Shown here piece by piece: positions 17,973 to 27,298 of a stretch of 64,000 bases of DNA (within the stretch, counting starts at the first letter, position 1; each line of letters begins with the position of its first letter). This stretch comes from Ostreococcus lucimarinus. Taxonomy: Eukaryota. The stretch lies in NCBI GenBank assembly GCA_000092065.1, contig CP000581.1, one strand, 5' to 3'. A model generated the notes under the pieces. That model made no database searches, had not been told where the DNA came from, and worked only from the letters and a program-made list of their open reading frames with translations. Position numbers and translations under genes: made by a program.

Positions 17973-19901
17973 CTAGTACGCGTTGGAAAACGCGGTATTC
18001 GCGCGCCCGTCGAGATGGCGAGGACTTTCACCGCTCGTCAACGCGGTGTACATGGACGGCTCCGCGGCGGGCTGTTTTGGATTCGGCGCGGCGGCGCCCG
18101 ACGCCGTCGGAGGAAGACCAGACTTCTTCGCAAGCTTGGCAGATACTTCGTACTTCATCGTCGGCTTTATGGCCATATGGAACTGCGCTTCAAGACCGGC
18201 AAAGGAGCCAAAAATCATGTCAGCCAAGGGCATGAGCATCCATTGCACTTGGCTCACGAGTTGCCACCACATTGGCGCGACGTTGCACTCGAAGTGTTCT
18301 CTGTCGTGAATGACGAAGAGACGAATGTAAAATTCACTGATGATGATGGCCCAGCACGCAAACGTCATCGGAAAGAACGCTACTACGGTGAGAGAGCGTA
18401 ACCCAATTCCAAATGGATACGTCTCGAGCACTGGGTTCGCCCAAGTCGAGCATAAACCGCCCAACATGCACGTAAACCAAAAGAGAGTCCACGAAATGTG
18501 GTGCTCCGCCGCGTGCACGTACAGCTTCATCATCCGCGTGAATGAAACCTTGTCTCGTCTCTCTAAGTAATTCATCACGATGTACGACAGATCGATCGCC
18601 CCCCAGGCGTGTCTTTTGGCTTGAATGTATCGAGCCTTAATGGCCTCATTCCATGACCGCTCTTCGATGGCATCGTTGCCCATCACCATGAAGATGGGCA
18701 CAACGCGGTAATCACCATCCTTTTTAAACCAGCACTTTAAATAGTGGTGCCAATCTTCGGGGATGATATCCACATCCCAACCACCGCACTCGATGGACGT
18801 TCTGAGACTTTGCGAATAAATCGCAAATGGGAACGGATGACTAAACGGCGACGCGAGTTGACCGAGGAAACCGACGCTATCAATCACAGCCTTGATACGA
18901 ATGAGAATCGGTACGTTCCAAATGTTCGGGAAAAAAGTCTCCGCAGCCTGGTACGTGGTGTTGTACGGCTTTGGATTTTGCACGTGATTATACGCCAAGC
19001 AGTCCATGAACTGCGAGTCAAAGTACGTATCCGCGTCGCACACCGTGAGCATAATTTGCTCCGGCGCCAATCCGCGCTTCTCCACAAACTCTCTCTTGAC
19101 GCATCGAACCGACCACGCACAGTTCGAACTTTTCCCGACCGCCTCGCCTGCGCCGAGCACGTGCTTGGTGTAATACAGTCCCAGGAGCGACGACCCGAAC
19201 TCGTCGATTAGTTCTCCCACCTTGGCCGGCGCCTCGGTGTCTCGACTCTCCGTCGCGAGTACGACGATTAATCGCTCTTTCGCACACGTCTGCGTCGCCA
19301 ACGTCCCTACAGTCTTACGCAGTGTCCCGAGAGGCTCTTTGTACGTGGGAATCACGCACACATGGATGATATCGTTAAACTTATCCGTGAGTCCGCGCTT
19401 CAACTTCCCGTCCACGCCGCTCGTCCACGTGTGCTCGTCGTCCCCAACCAACGTCGGTTTTTCGTTCGCCTTGTACACCTGTCCGGCGCCGCCAAAGAAC
19501 CTATCGTAACACGGTGATTTCAACGTTCCATCGTTTCCGAGTCGATGCCAATCCGCATCCTTATACGTGTGTAACAACGGAATCCCAACCAGCAACGCCG
19601 CGAAGCCGCTGTGAATGCCTTTCACCCACCCATAACAAATGTACGCGCAGATGAACGCCACCGTCAGCGCTGGGCTCAGGCGCGCCCCCCACAGCAAAAC
19701 AAACGTAATCAGCGTCATGCTCATCGCGAATGGCAGCGTGAACATCACCCGTTCCAACGCTCCGCCGCGGTACGCGATGTTGTCCCGAAGATCCTCGCTC
19801 GCGTCGTCGAGCAACGCGGCGTCGCCGACGTCCATCGAGCGCACTTTCGGGCGCGCGAGGGCGTCGGAGACGACCAAGCGCACTCGCGTCGATCGAGTCA
19901 T
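17973..19901 (-). CDS. Family-2 membrane glycosyltransferase (Glyco_trans_2_3-like; processive beta-glycan-synthase-like)
   Basis: TM helices flank a cytosolic GT-A domain: VCDADTYF (DxD), QAKRHAWG (QxxRW-like), and a C-terminal multi-TM pore region (TLFWFTCMLGG..., FFPMTFACWAIIISEFYIRLF). The substrate is unknown. Confidence 0.6.
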   Translation of the reverse strand: MTRSTRVRLVVSDALARPKVRSMDVGDAALLDDASEDLRDNIAYRGGALERVMFTLPFAMSMTLITFVLLWGARLSPALTVAFICAYICYGWVKGIHSGFAALLVGIPLLHTYKDADWHRLGNDGTLKSPCYDRFFGGAGQVYKANEKPTLVGDDEHTWTSGVDGKLKRGLTDKFNDIIHVCVIPTYKEPLGTLRKTVGTLATQTCAKERLIVVLATESRDTEAPAKVGELIDEFGSSLLGLYYTKHVLGAGEAVGKSSNCAWSVRCVKREFVEKRGLAPEQIMLTVCDADTYFDSQFMDCLAYNHVQNPKPYNTTYQAAETFFPNIWNVPILIRIKAVIDSVGFLGQLASPFSHPFPFAIYSQSLRTSIECGGWDVDIIPEDWHHYLKCWFKKDGDYRVVPIFMVMGNDAIEERSWNEAIKARYIQAKRHAWGAIDLSYIVMNYLERRDKVSFTRMMKLYVHAAEHHISWTLFWFTCMLGGLCSTWANPVLETYPFGIGLRSLTVVAFFPMTFACWAIIISEFYIRLFVIHDREHFECNVAPMWWQLVSQVQWMLMPLADMIFGSFAGLEAQFHMAIKPTMKYEVSAKLAKKSGLPPTASGAAAPNPKQPAAEPSMYTALTSGESPRHLDGRANTAFSNAY

Positions 19902-20041
19902 CGCTCGCGCGAGCGTGGCGGTCGCGCGCGACGACGTGTGCGGCCGCAGACGAGCCGTAACACCCTCCGGCGCGGTGACAGTCCGTGTGGCTGCGCAATC
20001 GAGTTCACGATAGAAATCGCGCGCGCGGGCGCGTCAGACTC

Positions 20042-22303
20042 ATGCGCGGCGCTCGACGGGGCGTCCTGAACGTCTTACGCGCGACGTTTGAACTCTCCGT
20101 CGCGTCTCGAGGGGCGCTGCGTCGATACTCAGCGCGGACGCACGGTTTAATCGCGCGTACTCCGAGCGTGGAACCGACCGCGTCGAGCGCGATGCGAACG
20201 AAAGTCAGCGCATCGACGGTCGCGCGCACGTTTGACGGTGCGCGGCGATGCGCGCGATCGTTCGCAACGCCGGCGCGAAGGGTGGTGACTCGAGCGGCGT
20301 CGCGCGAGGACGACAGCGAGCGGACGTATTTGCAAACTTTGAAAATTGCAAACTTTGCGTTGGTGAGCGAGCAGACGATTGAGTTTGAGAAGGGGTTGAA
20401 TGTCATCACCGGGAAGTCGGGATCGGGTAAATCGGTGCTGTTGGACGCCATCGCGCAGATTTGTGGATCACCGGCGAAGGAGGAGAGCATTCGGGCGAAC
20501 GCGGGTGGGGCGAAACTGGAGGCGACGTTTCGCGTGGCGACGGCGTCTCTCGGATCGATTTACGACATCGTGAACGATCAGATTACGTCTTTGTCCACGA
20601 AGGATGGGAAAAATGTCAAGCCGTTCGCACCGCCGAAAGAAGACGCAAATGCGTTGAATATCACGAGGGAGTTGCAGTACGTCGACTCGAGCGGGAAGAC
20701 GAAGCGCATTCGAAGCGTGTGTCGCATCAATGGCAGAGTGGTCCCACTGAAAGCACTCAAGGCTTTGGGTGAGATTCTCATGGATTTCAATGGTCAAGGC
20801 GCTGCGTCGACGCTGAGCGACGAGAACGCGCAGCTAGAGTTGTTGGATGAGTGGGCAGGCACGAAGGCGATGCGACAAAAATTTGAGCGCCTGTCCACGG
20901 AGTTGGCGGTACAGTTCAACAAGGTGAAGAACGCGGTAGAGCTCTTGCCGGGCGAGCGCGAAGAACTCGAAGCTTTGTTGGAGGAGTATTACGCAGTTGA
21001 TCCGGAGCCACTCGAAGACGTCGCCTTGAAAGCTGAACTTAGAAGGTTGGAGTCGAGCCGAGTCGCCGTGGAAATGTGCGGTTCTGTGATTTCAACCATC
21101 GCGGGCGAGCGTGGAGCGAGAGGTTTGCTTCGTGAAGCTGCGCACGAAGTGAAAGGCTTGATCGCCGCTGCCGAACGCCGCGCTGAGAGCGCGAGTTCGT
21201 CAACGCGCACCCCAGGAGATGAGGACTCAGCGTCTGAACCGGAACCAGGCCTCGACGAGGCGTCGCTGCAAGGCTTGAACGATGCGCTCGACCTCCTTTA
21301 CCAGGCCGAACAAATCTCCGAGAACGCGGAGGAGCAGGTGGGAAAGTACGCCGAAGCCCTCGCGAGCTCGCCACACCGGCGAGAGGAAGCGCAGGCACGT
21401 TTGCGCGAACTCGATAGATTGTTCAAAACGCTGCGAGTGCGAACCGCCGACGCTGCCATTGAAGCCGCTCAAGCTGCTCAGGAAAGGCTCGAAGCCGCGG
21501 AGGTGGGCGAAGAAGAACGCGAAGAAAGTATCGCGGAGTTGGATCGCTTACGCAAGGCCACCGCGGATTGTGCGTTCCAATTAGCGCTTGCTCGTCGAGA
21601 AGCCGCGGGCGCCCTCAGAGGTGCCGTCACGTCGGCTTTGACGGACCTGGAGATGGCTGGAAGCCGATTCGACGTCACTCTTTCGTGGACTGCGCGCGAG
21701 GGAGCGAGTGAGGATACGAATGGAAACGTTTTGCGCGTCCCGAGAGCGAGCGAAATCGGTGAAGACGACCATCTTGTCTTTGCGGTGCGTCCGACTGGTT
21801 TGGATCGCGCGACGTTTTTGCTCGCCGCCGGACAAAACGAACCGCTCCGACCGATGGCGTCGATCGCTTCCGGTGGTGAAAAGGCTCGATTAATGCTCGC
21901 ATTGAAAATGGCTCCAGTCATGACGGATGATTACGCGAGCACGCGCGCTAATCGAGAGCTCGCGAGCGGTGGCATCTCCGTCTTTGACGAAGTCGACAGC
22001 GGCGTCGGCGGTCGCGTCGGCGCTCGCATCGGCCACGCCCTTCGTCGCCTCACCACCACGGGCTCGCAGCAAGTTTTGTGTGTCACCCATCTCCCTCAAG
22101 TCGCCGCGTGCGGCGATACCCACCTCATAGTTTCCAAATCACCCGACGACGACGCCGACGGTCGCACCACCATCGACATCCGCCGCATCGATTCTCGCGA
22201 CTCTCGCGTCGAGGAAATCTCCCAAATGCTCGGCATCGGCGACGTCGAGGGTCGCGAGAGCGCCAACAGACTCGTCGACGAGGCCGTCGCCGCGTTTTCC
22301 TAA
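20042..22303 (+). CDS. RECN: DNA repair protein RecN (SMC-like ATPase) with an N-terminal extension that is probably organellar targeting
   Basis: N-terminal YLQTLKIANFALVSEQTIEFEKGLNVITGKSGSGKSVLLDAIAQICG (Walker A, RecN-type). Long coiled coil. C-terminal ASGGEKARLMLALK (signature) and ISVFDEVDSGVGG (Walker B), then LCVTHLPQVAA (H-loop). Start is uncertain; alternatives are 19985 (listed ORF), 20042 and 20192. Confidence 0.75.
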   Translation: MRGARRGVLNVLRATFELSVASRGALRRYSARTHGLIARTPSVEPTASSAMRTKVSASTVARTFDGARRCARSFATPARRVVTRAASREDDSERTYLQTLKIANFALVSEQTIEFEKGLNVITGKSGSGKSVLLDAIAQICGSPAKEESIRANAGGAKLEATFRVATASLGSIYDIVNDQITSLSTKDGKNVKPFAPPKEDANALNITRELQYVDSSGKTKRIRSVCRINGRVVPLKALKALGEILMDFNGQGAASTLSDENAQLELLDEWAGTKAMRQKFERLSTELAVQFNKVKNAVELLPGEREELEALLEEYYAVDPEPLEDVALKAELRRLESSRVAVEMCGSVISTIAGERGARGLLREAAHEVKGLIAAAERRAESASSSTRTPGDEDSASEPEPGLDEASLQGLNDALDLLYQAEQISENAEEQVGKYAEALASSPHRREEAQARLRELDRLFKTLRVRTADAAIEAAQAAQERLEAAEVGEEEREESIAELDRLRKATADCAFQLALARREAAGALRGAVTSALTDLEMAGSRFDVTLSWTAREGASEDTNGNVLRVPRASEIGEDDHLVFAVRPTGLDRATFLLAAGQNEPLRPMASIASGGEKARLMLALKMAPVMTDDYASTRANRELASGGISVFDEVDSGVGGRVGARIGHALRRLTTTGSQQVLCVTHLPQVAACGDTHLIVSKSPDDDADGRTTIDIRRIDSRDSRVEEISQMLGIGDVEGRESANRLVDEAVAAFS

Positions 22304-22493
22304 TCATCGCTTGTAACGCAGTCGTCGCCGCCGCCCGCGCGCCGGTTACCATCAATTTGAAACCCGATCTTTTTTTCCCAAACGACGGGACTCCGCGTCG
22401 AGTCCTGATTCGTCGTTCTTCTCGAACTTTCGAGAGAAACGAGAAACTGCCGCTGACGCGGCAGTTCGCGGCGCGAGCGAGCGAGCGCGAGCG

Positions 22494-25400
22494 ATGGAGC
22501 GCGCGGAGAGCCCGCCGCGCGCGCGGCGAACCTCCGTCGACGGCGGACGCATGGGAAGCCCGCGAAACAGCCAAGACCTGAGCGGCACGCTCGCGTCGTC
22601 GCCGCTGAGGAACTTGCACGCCGACTCCGAGGCTGGACGACTGGCGCGCGCGTCCATGAGCTCGCTCACGGGCGCCGTGGCCAGCCGAGGCTCGATCGAT
22701 GACTTGCGACAACGCATGGAGACGATCGGGACGCCCGCGACCGTGGCCGCGGGGGCGGGAGCGAACGCGGGGGAGATTGAAACCACGCGCGTCGATCGGT
22801 TGTTGCGCGAACGCGAGCAGATGCGAAAGACTCGATCGCAGACGAATCTGAACGCGAGCGATGAGGGCGATGATTTTGATGGTGAATCCGTTGGACGCGT
22901 GCAGTCCCTCATCATCGCGGCGAATCGATTGCCGATCAGTGTGAAGAAGAAGCCGGACGGGACGTGGGATCTTCGGACGTCGGCGGGCGGACTGGTGAGC
23001 GCGCTGTTGGGCGTACGAAAGACGTACGACATGACGTGGATTGGATGGCCGGGGGTGTTCGTAGAAGAGGGACCCGATCGCGACGCGCTCACGGCGACGT
23101 TACGTAAGCAGAACTTCTTGCCGGTGTACTTGACGAAGACGCAAGTCGAGCTGTATTACAATGGGTACTGCAACAATGTGCTGTGGTCGCTGTTTCACTA
23201 CGTGCCGCTGAGTTTCGAAGCCAAGCTCAGCGAAGATACGAACATGCACGCGCAATGGTTGGCTTATAAGGAAGCCAATCGCGCGTTTAGCGATGCCATC
23301 ATGAGCGTGTATCGCACAGGGGACGTCGTCTGGGCGCACGATTACCATTTGATGCTCGTGCCGCAAATGTTGCGAGCGTACGAAGATAGCATGAAAATTG
23401 GTTGGTTTCTGCACACGCCGTTTCCGAGTTCGGAAATTTACCGAATGTTGCCGATGAGAGAAGAGCTGTTGCACGGGTGTTTGGCGGCTGATCTCGTTGG
23501 CTTTCACACGTACGATTACGCGCGGCACTTTGTATCGGCGACGAGCCGAATTCTTGGTTTAGAGGCGACACCCGAGGGCGTGGAAAATAACGGGAGCTTT
23601 ACGCGTGTTGCGGCGTTTCCCATCGGTATCGATCCGGGTCGCTTCACCTCGGCTCTACGCACAAATGAGGTGCAGGTGCACATTAACGAGCTCCGCGAAC
23701 GCTTCCGAGGTCGCAAAGTCATGCTCGGTGTCGACCGTCTCGACATGATCAAGGGTATCCCGCACAAGTTGTTGGCGTTTGAGAAATTTTTGAGTGAGAA
23801 TCCTGATTGGGCGAATAAGGTGATTCTCATCCAGATCGCCGTGCCGACTCGCAGCGACGTTCCGGAGTACCAACGACTCGCCTCGCAAGTGCACGAACTT
23901 GTTGGGAGAATCAACGGCCGTTTCGGCTCCATCGGGAGCGTTCCGATTCAGCATTTGGATTGTACTATGCAGTTTCCTGAGCTTTGCGCGCTTTATGCAG
24001 TTACAGACGTCATGCTCGTCACTTCTCAGCGCGACGGTATGAACCTCGTCTCTTATGAGTTTGTTTCGTGCCAAAGCAAGAACGACGCCGGCGTGTTGGT
24101 TCTATCCGAATTCGCGGGCGCCGCGCAGTCTATCGGCGCTGGGGCTCTTTTAGTGAACCCGTACAACGTCACCGACGTCGCAAGCGCCATTAAAGACGCG
24201 TTAACGATGCCTGAAGTGGAAAAGATTGAGCGACACAGAAGCAGCTTCTCGCACGTGAGCATTCACACTTCGCAAGCGTGGGCGGACACGTTCATCAGTG
24301 AACTCAACGACACGCACGTCGAAGCAGAATTACGTCAAAAGCGTATTCCGCCGCATCTCAAGCCCGAAGCGATGGTCAAATCGTTTCAAATGGGTAAAGA
24401 ACGGCTCATCATTCTGGGCTACAACGCCACACTCACCGATCCCATGGAGAGCAAGACCAAGATACGGCCGAAGCTCGAGTCGCAGAAGAGTCGTCACAAG
24501 ATTCATCCGGTCGCACAGGAGTGCCTCACGCGCCTGTGCGATGATCCTAATACCACTGTTTGTATCTTCAGCGGTTCCGAGCGCAACAAGTTGGCGCAAA
24601 TCTTTGCGATGTTGCCCAAGGTTTGGATCGCGGCGGAAAATGGCGTTTTTATTCGACCACCACTTCAAGGCAAGAACGGCACCGACACTCCAAAGTGGCT
24701 GACCATGATTGAGACTACGAATTTGGACTGGTTGGAGAGCGTTGAAGTCGTTTTTGAGTACTTTTGTGAGCGTACTCCGAGAAGTCACGTGGAGATGCGC
24801 GAAACGTCGCTGGTGTGGAGTTACAAGTACGCCGATCCGGACTTTGGTCGTCAACAAGCGCGCGACTTGCTACAGCACTTATGGACTGGCCCGATTTCGA
24901 ATGCTCCCGTGGATGTCATCATGGGTGCAAAGTCTGTCGAAGTGCGTCCGGTCGGCTTGAGCAAGGGAACCGCAGTCGAGCGCATCGTGCAAATGATCGG
25001 CGGACACGGCAAAGAACTCATTGAAGTCGATTTCGTCGCGTGCTGCGGTCACTTCTTAGGCCGTGACGAGGATATCTTCTCGTTCTTGGAGATGAAGTCT
25101 TTGCCTCCGGAGGATCAGTTGCCAGCTGTGCAAACTTCGCCGGGATCTCCCATCAAAATGAACAGCGCCGTCGGCATTTCCAGCCCGATTGCGGGCGACC
25201 CTGATTCCGACGACGAAAAGAAAGAAGCCGATATTCGATTCCACGACGTCTTCACCTGCACCGTTGGACGCAAACGTTCGAGTGCTCGGTACTACGTGAA
25301 CGATTCCGACGAGATTGCGCAGTGTCTCGCAGCCCTGACGAACAGCTTGAACGACGGAAAAGGCTTCATCGAACTCTTGCAGTTTGAGGACTCGTTGTCG

Positions 25401-25511
25401 AGCGCTCCTTCGATGAGCAGCTCTAGAAACAACTTACGCGAACGAATCGGGAGTTTACCCCTCGTCAACGAGAAGGAGGTCTTTCGAACCTCAAGCGGAC
25501 AGAGCATTTAA
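22494..25511 (+). CDS. TPS: Trehalose-6-phosphate synthase/phosphatase (GT20 TPS domain plus C-terminal TPP-like domain)
   Basis: LIIAANRLPISVKKKPDGTWDLRTSAGGLVSAL, YYNGYCNNVLWSLFHYV and HDYHLMLVPQMLR are GT20 hallmarks. The C-terminal half has a HAD-like trehalose-phosphatase fold (LIILGYNATL... region). 1005 aa. Confidence 0.85.
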   Translation: MERAESPPRARRTSVDGGRMGSPRNSQDLSGTLASSPLRNLHADSEAGRLARASMSSLTGAVASRGSIDDLRQRMETIGTPATVAAGAGANAGEIETTRVDRLLREREQMRKTRSQTNLNASDEGDDFDGESVGRVQSLIIAANRLPISVKKKPDGTWDLRTSAGGLVSALLGVRKTYDMTWIGWPGVFVEEGPDRDALTATLRKQNFLPVYLTKTQVELYYNGYCNNVLWSLFHYVPLSFEAKLSEDTNMHAQWLAYKEANRAFSDAIMSVYRTGDVVWAHDYHLMLVPQMLRAYEDSMKIGWFLHTPFPSSEIYRMLPMREELLHGCLAADLVGFHTYDYARHFVSATSRILGLEATPEGVENNGSFTRVAAFPIGIDPGRFTSALRTNEVQVHINELRERFRGRKVMLGVDRLDMIKGIPHKLLAFEKFLSENPDWANKVILIQIAVPTRSDVPEYQRLASQVHELVGRINGRFGSIGSVPIQHLDCTMQFPELCALYAVTDVMLVTSQRDGMNLVSYEFVSCQSKNDAGVLVLSEFAGAAQSIGAGALLVNPYNVTDVASAIKDALTMPEVEKIERHRSSFSHVSIHTSQAWADTFISELNDTHVEAELRQKRIPPHLKPEAMVKSFQMGKERLIILGYNATLTDPMESKTKIRPKLESQKSRHKIHPVAQECLTRLCDDPNTTVCIFSGSERNKLAQIFAMLPKVWIAAENGVFIRPPLQGKNGTDTPKWLTMIETTNLDWLESVEVVFEYFCERTPRSHVEMRETSLVWSYKYADPDFGRQQARDLLQHLWTGPISNAPVDVIMGAKSVEVRPVGLSKGTAVERIVQMIGGHGKELIEVDFVACCGHFLGRDEDIFSFLEMKSLPPEDQLPAVQTSPGSPIKMNSAVGISSPIAGDPDSDDEKKEADIRFHDVFTCTVGRKRSSARYYVNDSDEIAQCLAALTNSLNDGKGFIELLQFEDSLSSAPSMSSSRNNLRERIGSLPLVNEKEVFRTSSGQSI

Positions 25512-25610
25512 ATCACTCGAACGATCCGTTCAAACCTACGCATTCAAAGCACGCACCACTAGCGACGAGTTGAGCATGTAAAAAATAACAATTACAACAT
25601 TGAGGCGTGG

Positions 25611-26984
25611 CTACAACATAGGAATATACGCAGGCAAAGCTTCAGTCCCGGAGTAATCGGGACTATAATCATCGTCTGATTTAGGCAAAGTTCGTTTATG
25701 CTCGTGAAGGAGCTTCATAATGCGCTCTTTAAGCTCATCGATTCCTCGACCTTCGTCGGCACTCGTCGCGGTCGCGTTTGGAATTTGCGCCATCGCGCGT
25801 TCAGCCTCCTTAACGTCCTCTTCGCTCCATAACTCTTGCGTATCCGGGTCTGTCTCACCTCCTAAAACCGGTACTAGTGCCGACTTGGAGAAGACGTCGA
25901 TCCACGGTCGACGCTCGGCGAATTGTTTGTAGAGCTCTTCTCTGAGCTGCAACTGGTCGTCGATGGACGTGCCCGATAGCCCGGTTAAATCGGTGACGAA
26001 AATCACGCACGTCGGCAAGTGCTCCAACGTCGCGATGGTGAGCATTTCAATTTTATTTCGATCGGCCTCCGATCGATTAATCAAGCCCGGGGTGTCCGTG
26101 ACCACGTGTCGCTCGTCGTCGACGAAAAAGTGCCCCATCTTGATGCCCTTCGTCGTGAACGGGTAGTTACACACTTCCGGCAATCCACTAGACAGCACGC
26201 GCACCAACGAGCTCTTCCCCACGTTCGGTGCACCGACGAGCGCGACTGTGGGCGTCTCGAGCTCCGCCACCGGAAGCTTCCGGAGCAACTTGGCGATGGA
26301 TTTCAAATCGTCCACGCACCTCGCGTACTTTCTGTAATACGCCTCCATCTCCGCGAACCCCTTCTCTCGCATCTCTTCCGCCTCTTTCAGCGCCGTCGTC
26401 TTCGTGACTTGCGACGCGTACCCTTTACCTATCCCAAGCATCCCCTTCCGCATCGAATCCACCGCCGCGAGCGTCGTTCTATACTTTTTATCGCTCAGCG
26501 TCAGCTCCAACAGCGCCCGCTCAAACGGGTGCAACCGCTCCGGCGGCGGAAACCCCTTCACGTACTCCTTCAACGGTTTACACACCCCCGTCGTCAGCGC
26601 GTCGAGTTGTTTCGCGCTCTTATTCCTCTCCCTCGCCGCATCCTTCAATCCCCGCGTCGGCGTCACCCGTCCCGCTCGTTTCACCGCGCTCGCGATCAAT
26701 TGCTCCGCGGGCGACACGTTCGGCAACCGCCCGAACGCTCCCGGCCGGTGCGCTCGCCTCGTCGTCGCCGCCACCGTTTCGTCCGTTCGCGCGTCCGCGT
26801 CTTCGTCCTCGCGTCCGCGCTCGCGCGGTTCGTCGCGCGCGTCCCTCGTCGACGTTCCCGCGTCGTCGCGCGCGTCGCCGCCGCCACCGCGCGCGCGCGT
26901 CGTCGTCGTCGTCGTCGCGCGTCGCGCTCGCGTCGTCCACGGTCGTCGCGACAGCGCGCCGGCGATCGCGCGCGCCGTCGCCAT
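25611..26984 (-). CDS. NOG1-family GTPase, short organelle-type (archaeal/plastid NOG1-like) with an N-terminal extension
   Basis: NOG1 N-domain followed by a G-domain: LVGAPNVGKSSLV (G1), NYPFTTKG (G2), DTPGLINR (G3), plus the NOG1-type EDRNKIEMLTIATLEHL. There is no long NOGCT tail; total 457 aa. The N-terminal 90 aa are R/T-rich and transit-like. It resembles plant plastid NOG1-like GTPases; that comparison is from recall, not an alignment. Confidence 0.65.
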   Translation of the reverse strand: MATARAIAGALSRRPWTTRARRATTTTTTRARGGGGDARDDAGTSTRDARDEPRERGREDEDADARTDETVAATTRRAHRPGAFGRLPNVSPAEQLIASAVKRAGRVTPTRGLKDAARERNKSAKQLDALTTGVCKPLKEYVKGFPPPERLHPFERALLELTLSDKKYRTTLAAVDSMRKGMLGIGKGYASQVTKTTALKEAEEMREKGFAEMEAYYRKYARCVDDLKSIAKLLRKLPVAELETPTVALVGAPNVGKSSLVRVLSSGLPEVCNYPFTTKGIKMGHFFVDDERHVVTDTPGLINRSEADRNKIEMLTIATLEHLPTCVIFVTDLTGLSGTSIDDQLQLREELYKQFAERRPWIDVFSKSALVPVLGGETDPDTQELWSEEDVKEAERAMAQIPNATATSADEGRGIDELKERIMKLLHEHKRTLPKSDDDYSPDYSGTEALPAYIPML

Positions 26985-27075
26985 CGCGATCGCGCGCGCC
27001 GTCGACGCGTCGCGCCGTGCCGACGCCGTCGACGCGGCGCCGTCGCGCGCGAATGAATCGGCGCGCGGCGACCGA

Positions 27076-27095
27076 CCTAAACCCTAAACCCTAGG
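27076..27095. promoter_or_regulatory. Two tandem telo-box / interstitial telomere-like repeats (CCTAAACCCTAAACCCTAGG)
   Basis: Seen directly. They lie in the 314-bp divergent promoter between the NOG1-like GTPase (start 26984, minus) and the PP2C (start 27299, plus). The AAACCCTAA telo-box is an established plant cis-element of translation and ribosome-biogenesis genes. Confidence 0.6.
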
Positions 27096-27298
27096 AAGCC
27101 CTCATCAGGCGAACGCGACCGACCGACCGACCGACGGACGGCGCGACGGCGCGACGCGTCCGACGACGCCGCAGACGCGCGCGGCGTCGACGCGCGCGGC
27201 GAAACGTCGAAAAAAACGCGCGTTCGCGATCGACGCGCTCCGAGGCGGCGCGAGCGACGCGCGCGCGACGGGAAGGCGCGATCGGAGACGCGATTGGA

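Noticed and set aside
26019-27087. 345-aa and 227-aa plus-strand ORFs
   Set aside because: Antisense to the NOG1-like GTPase gene. R/P-rich and repeat-driven.
27076-27095. A true telomere or chromosome end
   Set aside because: There are only two CCCTAAA units and they are embedded between two genes. I call it an interstitial telo-box, not a telomere.
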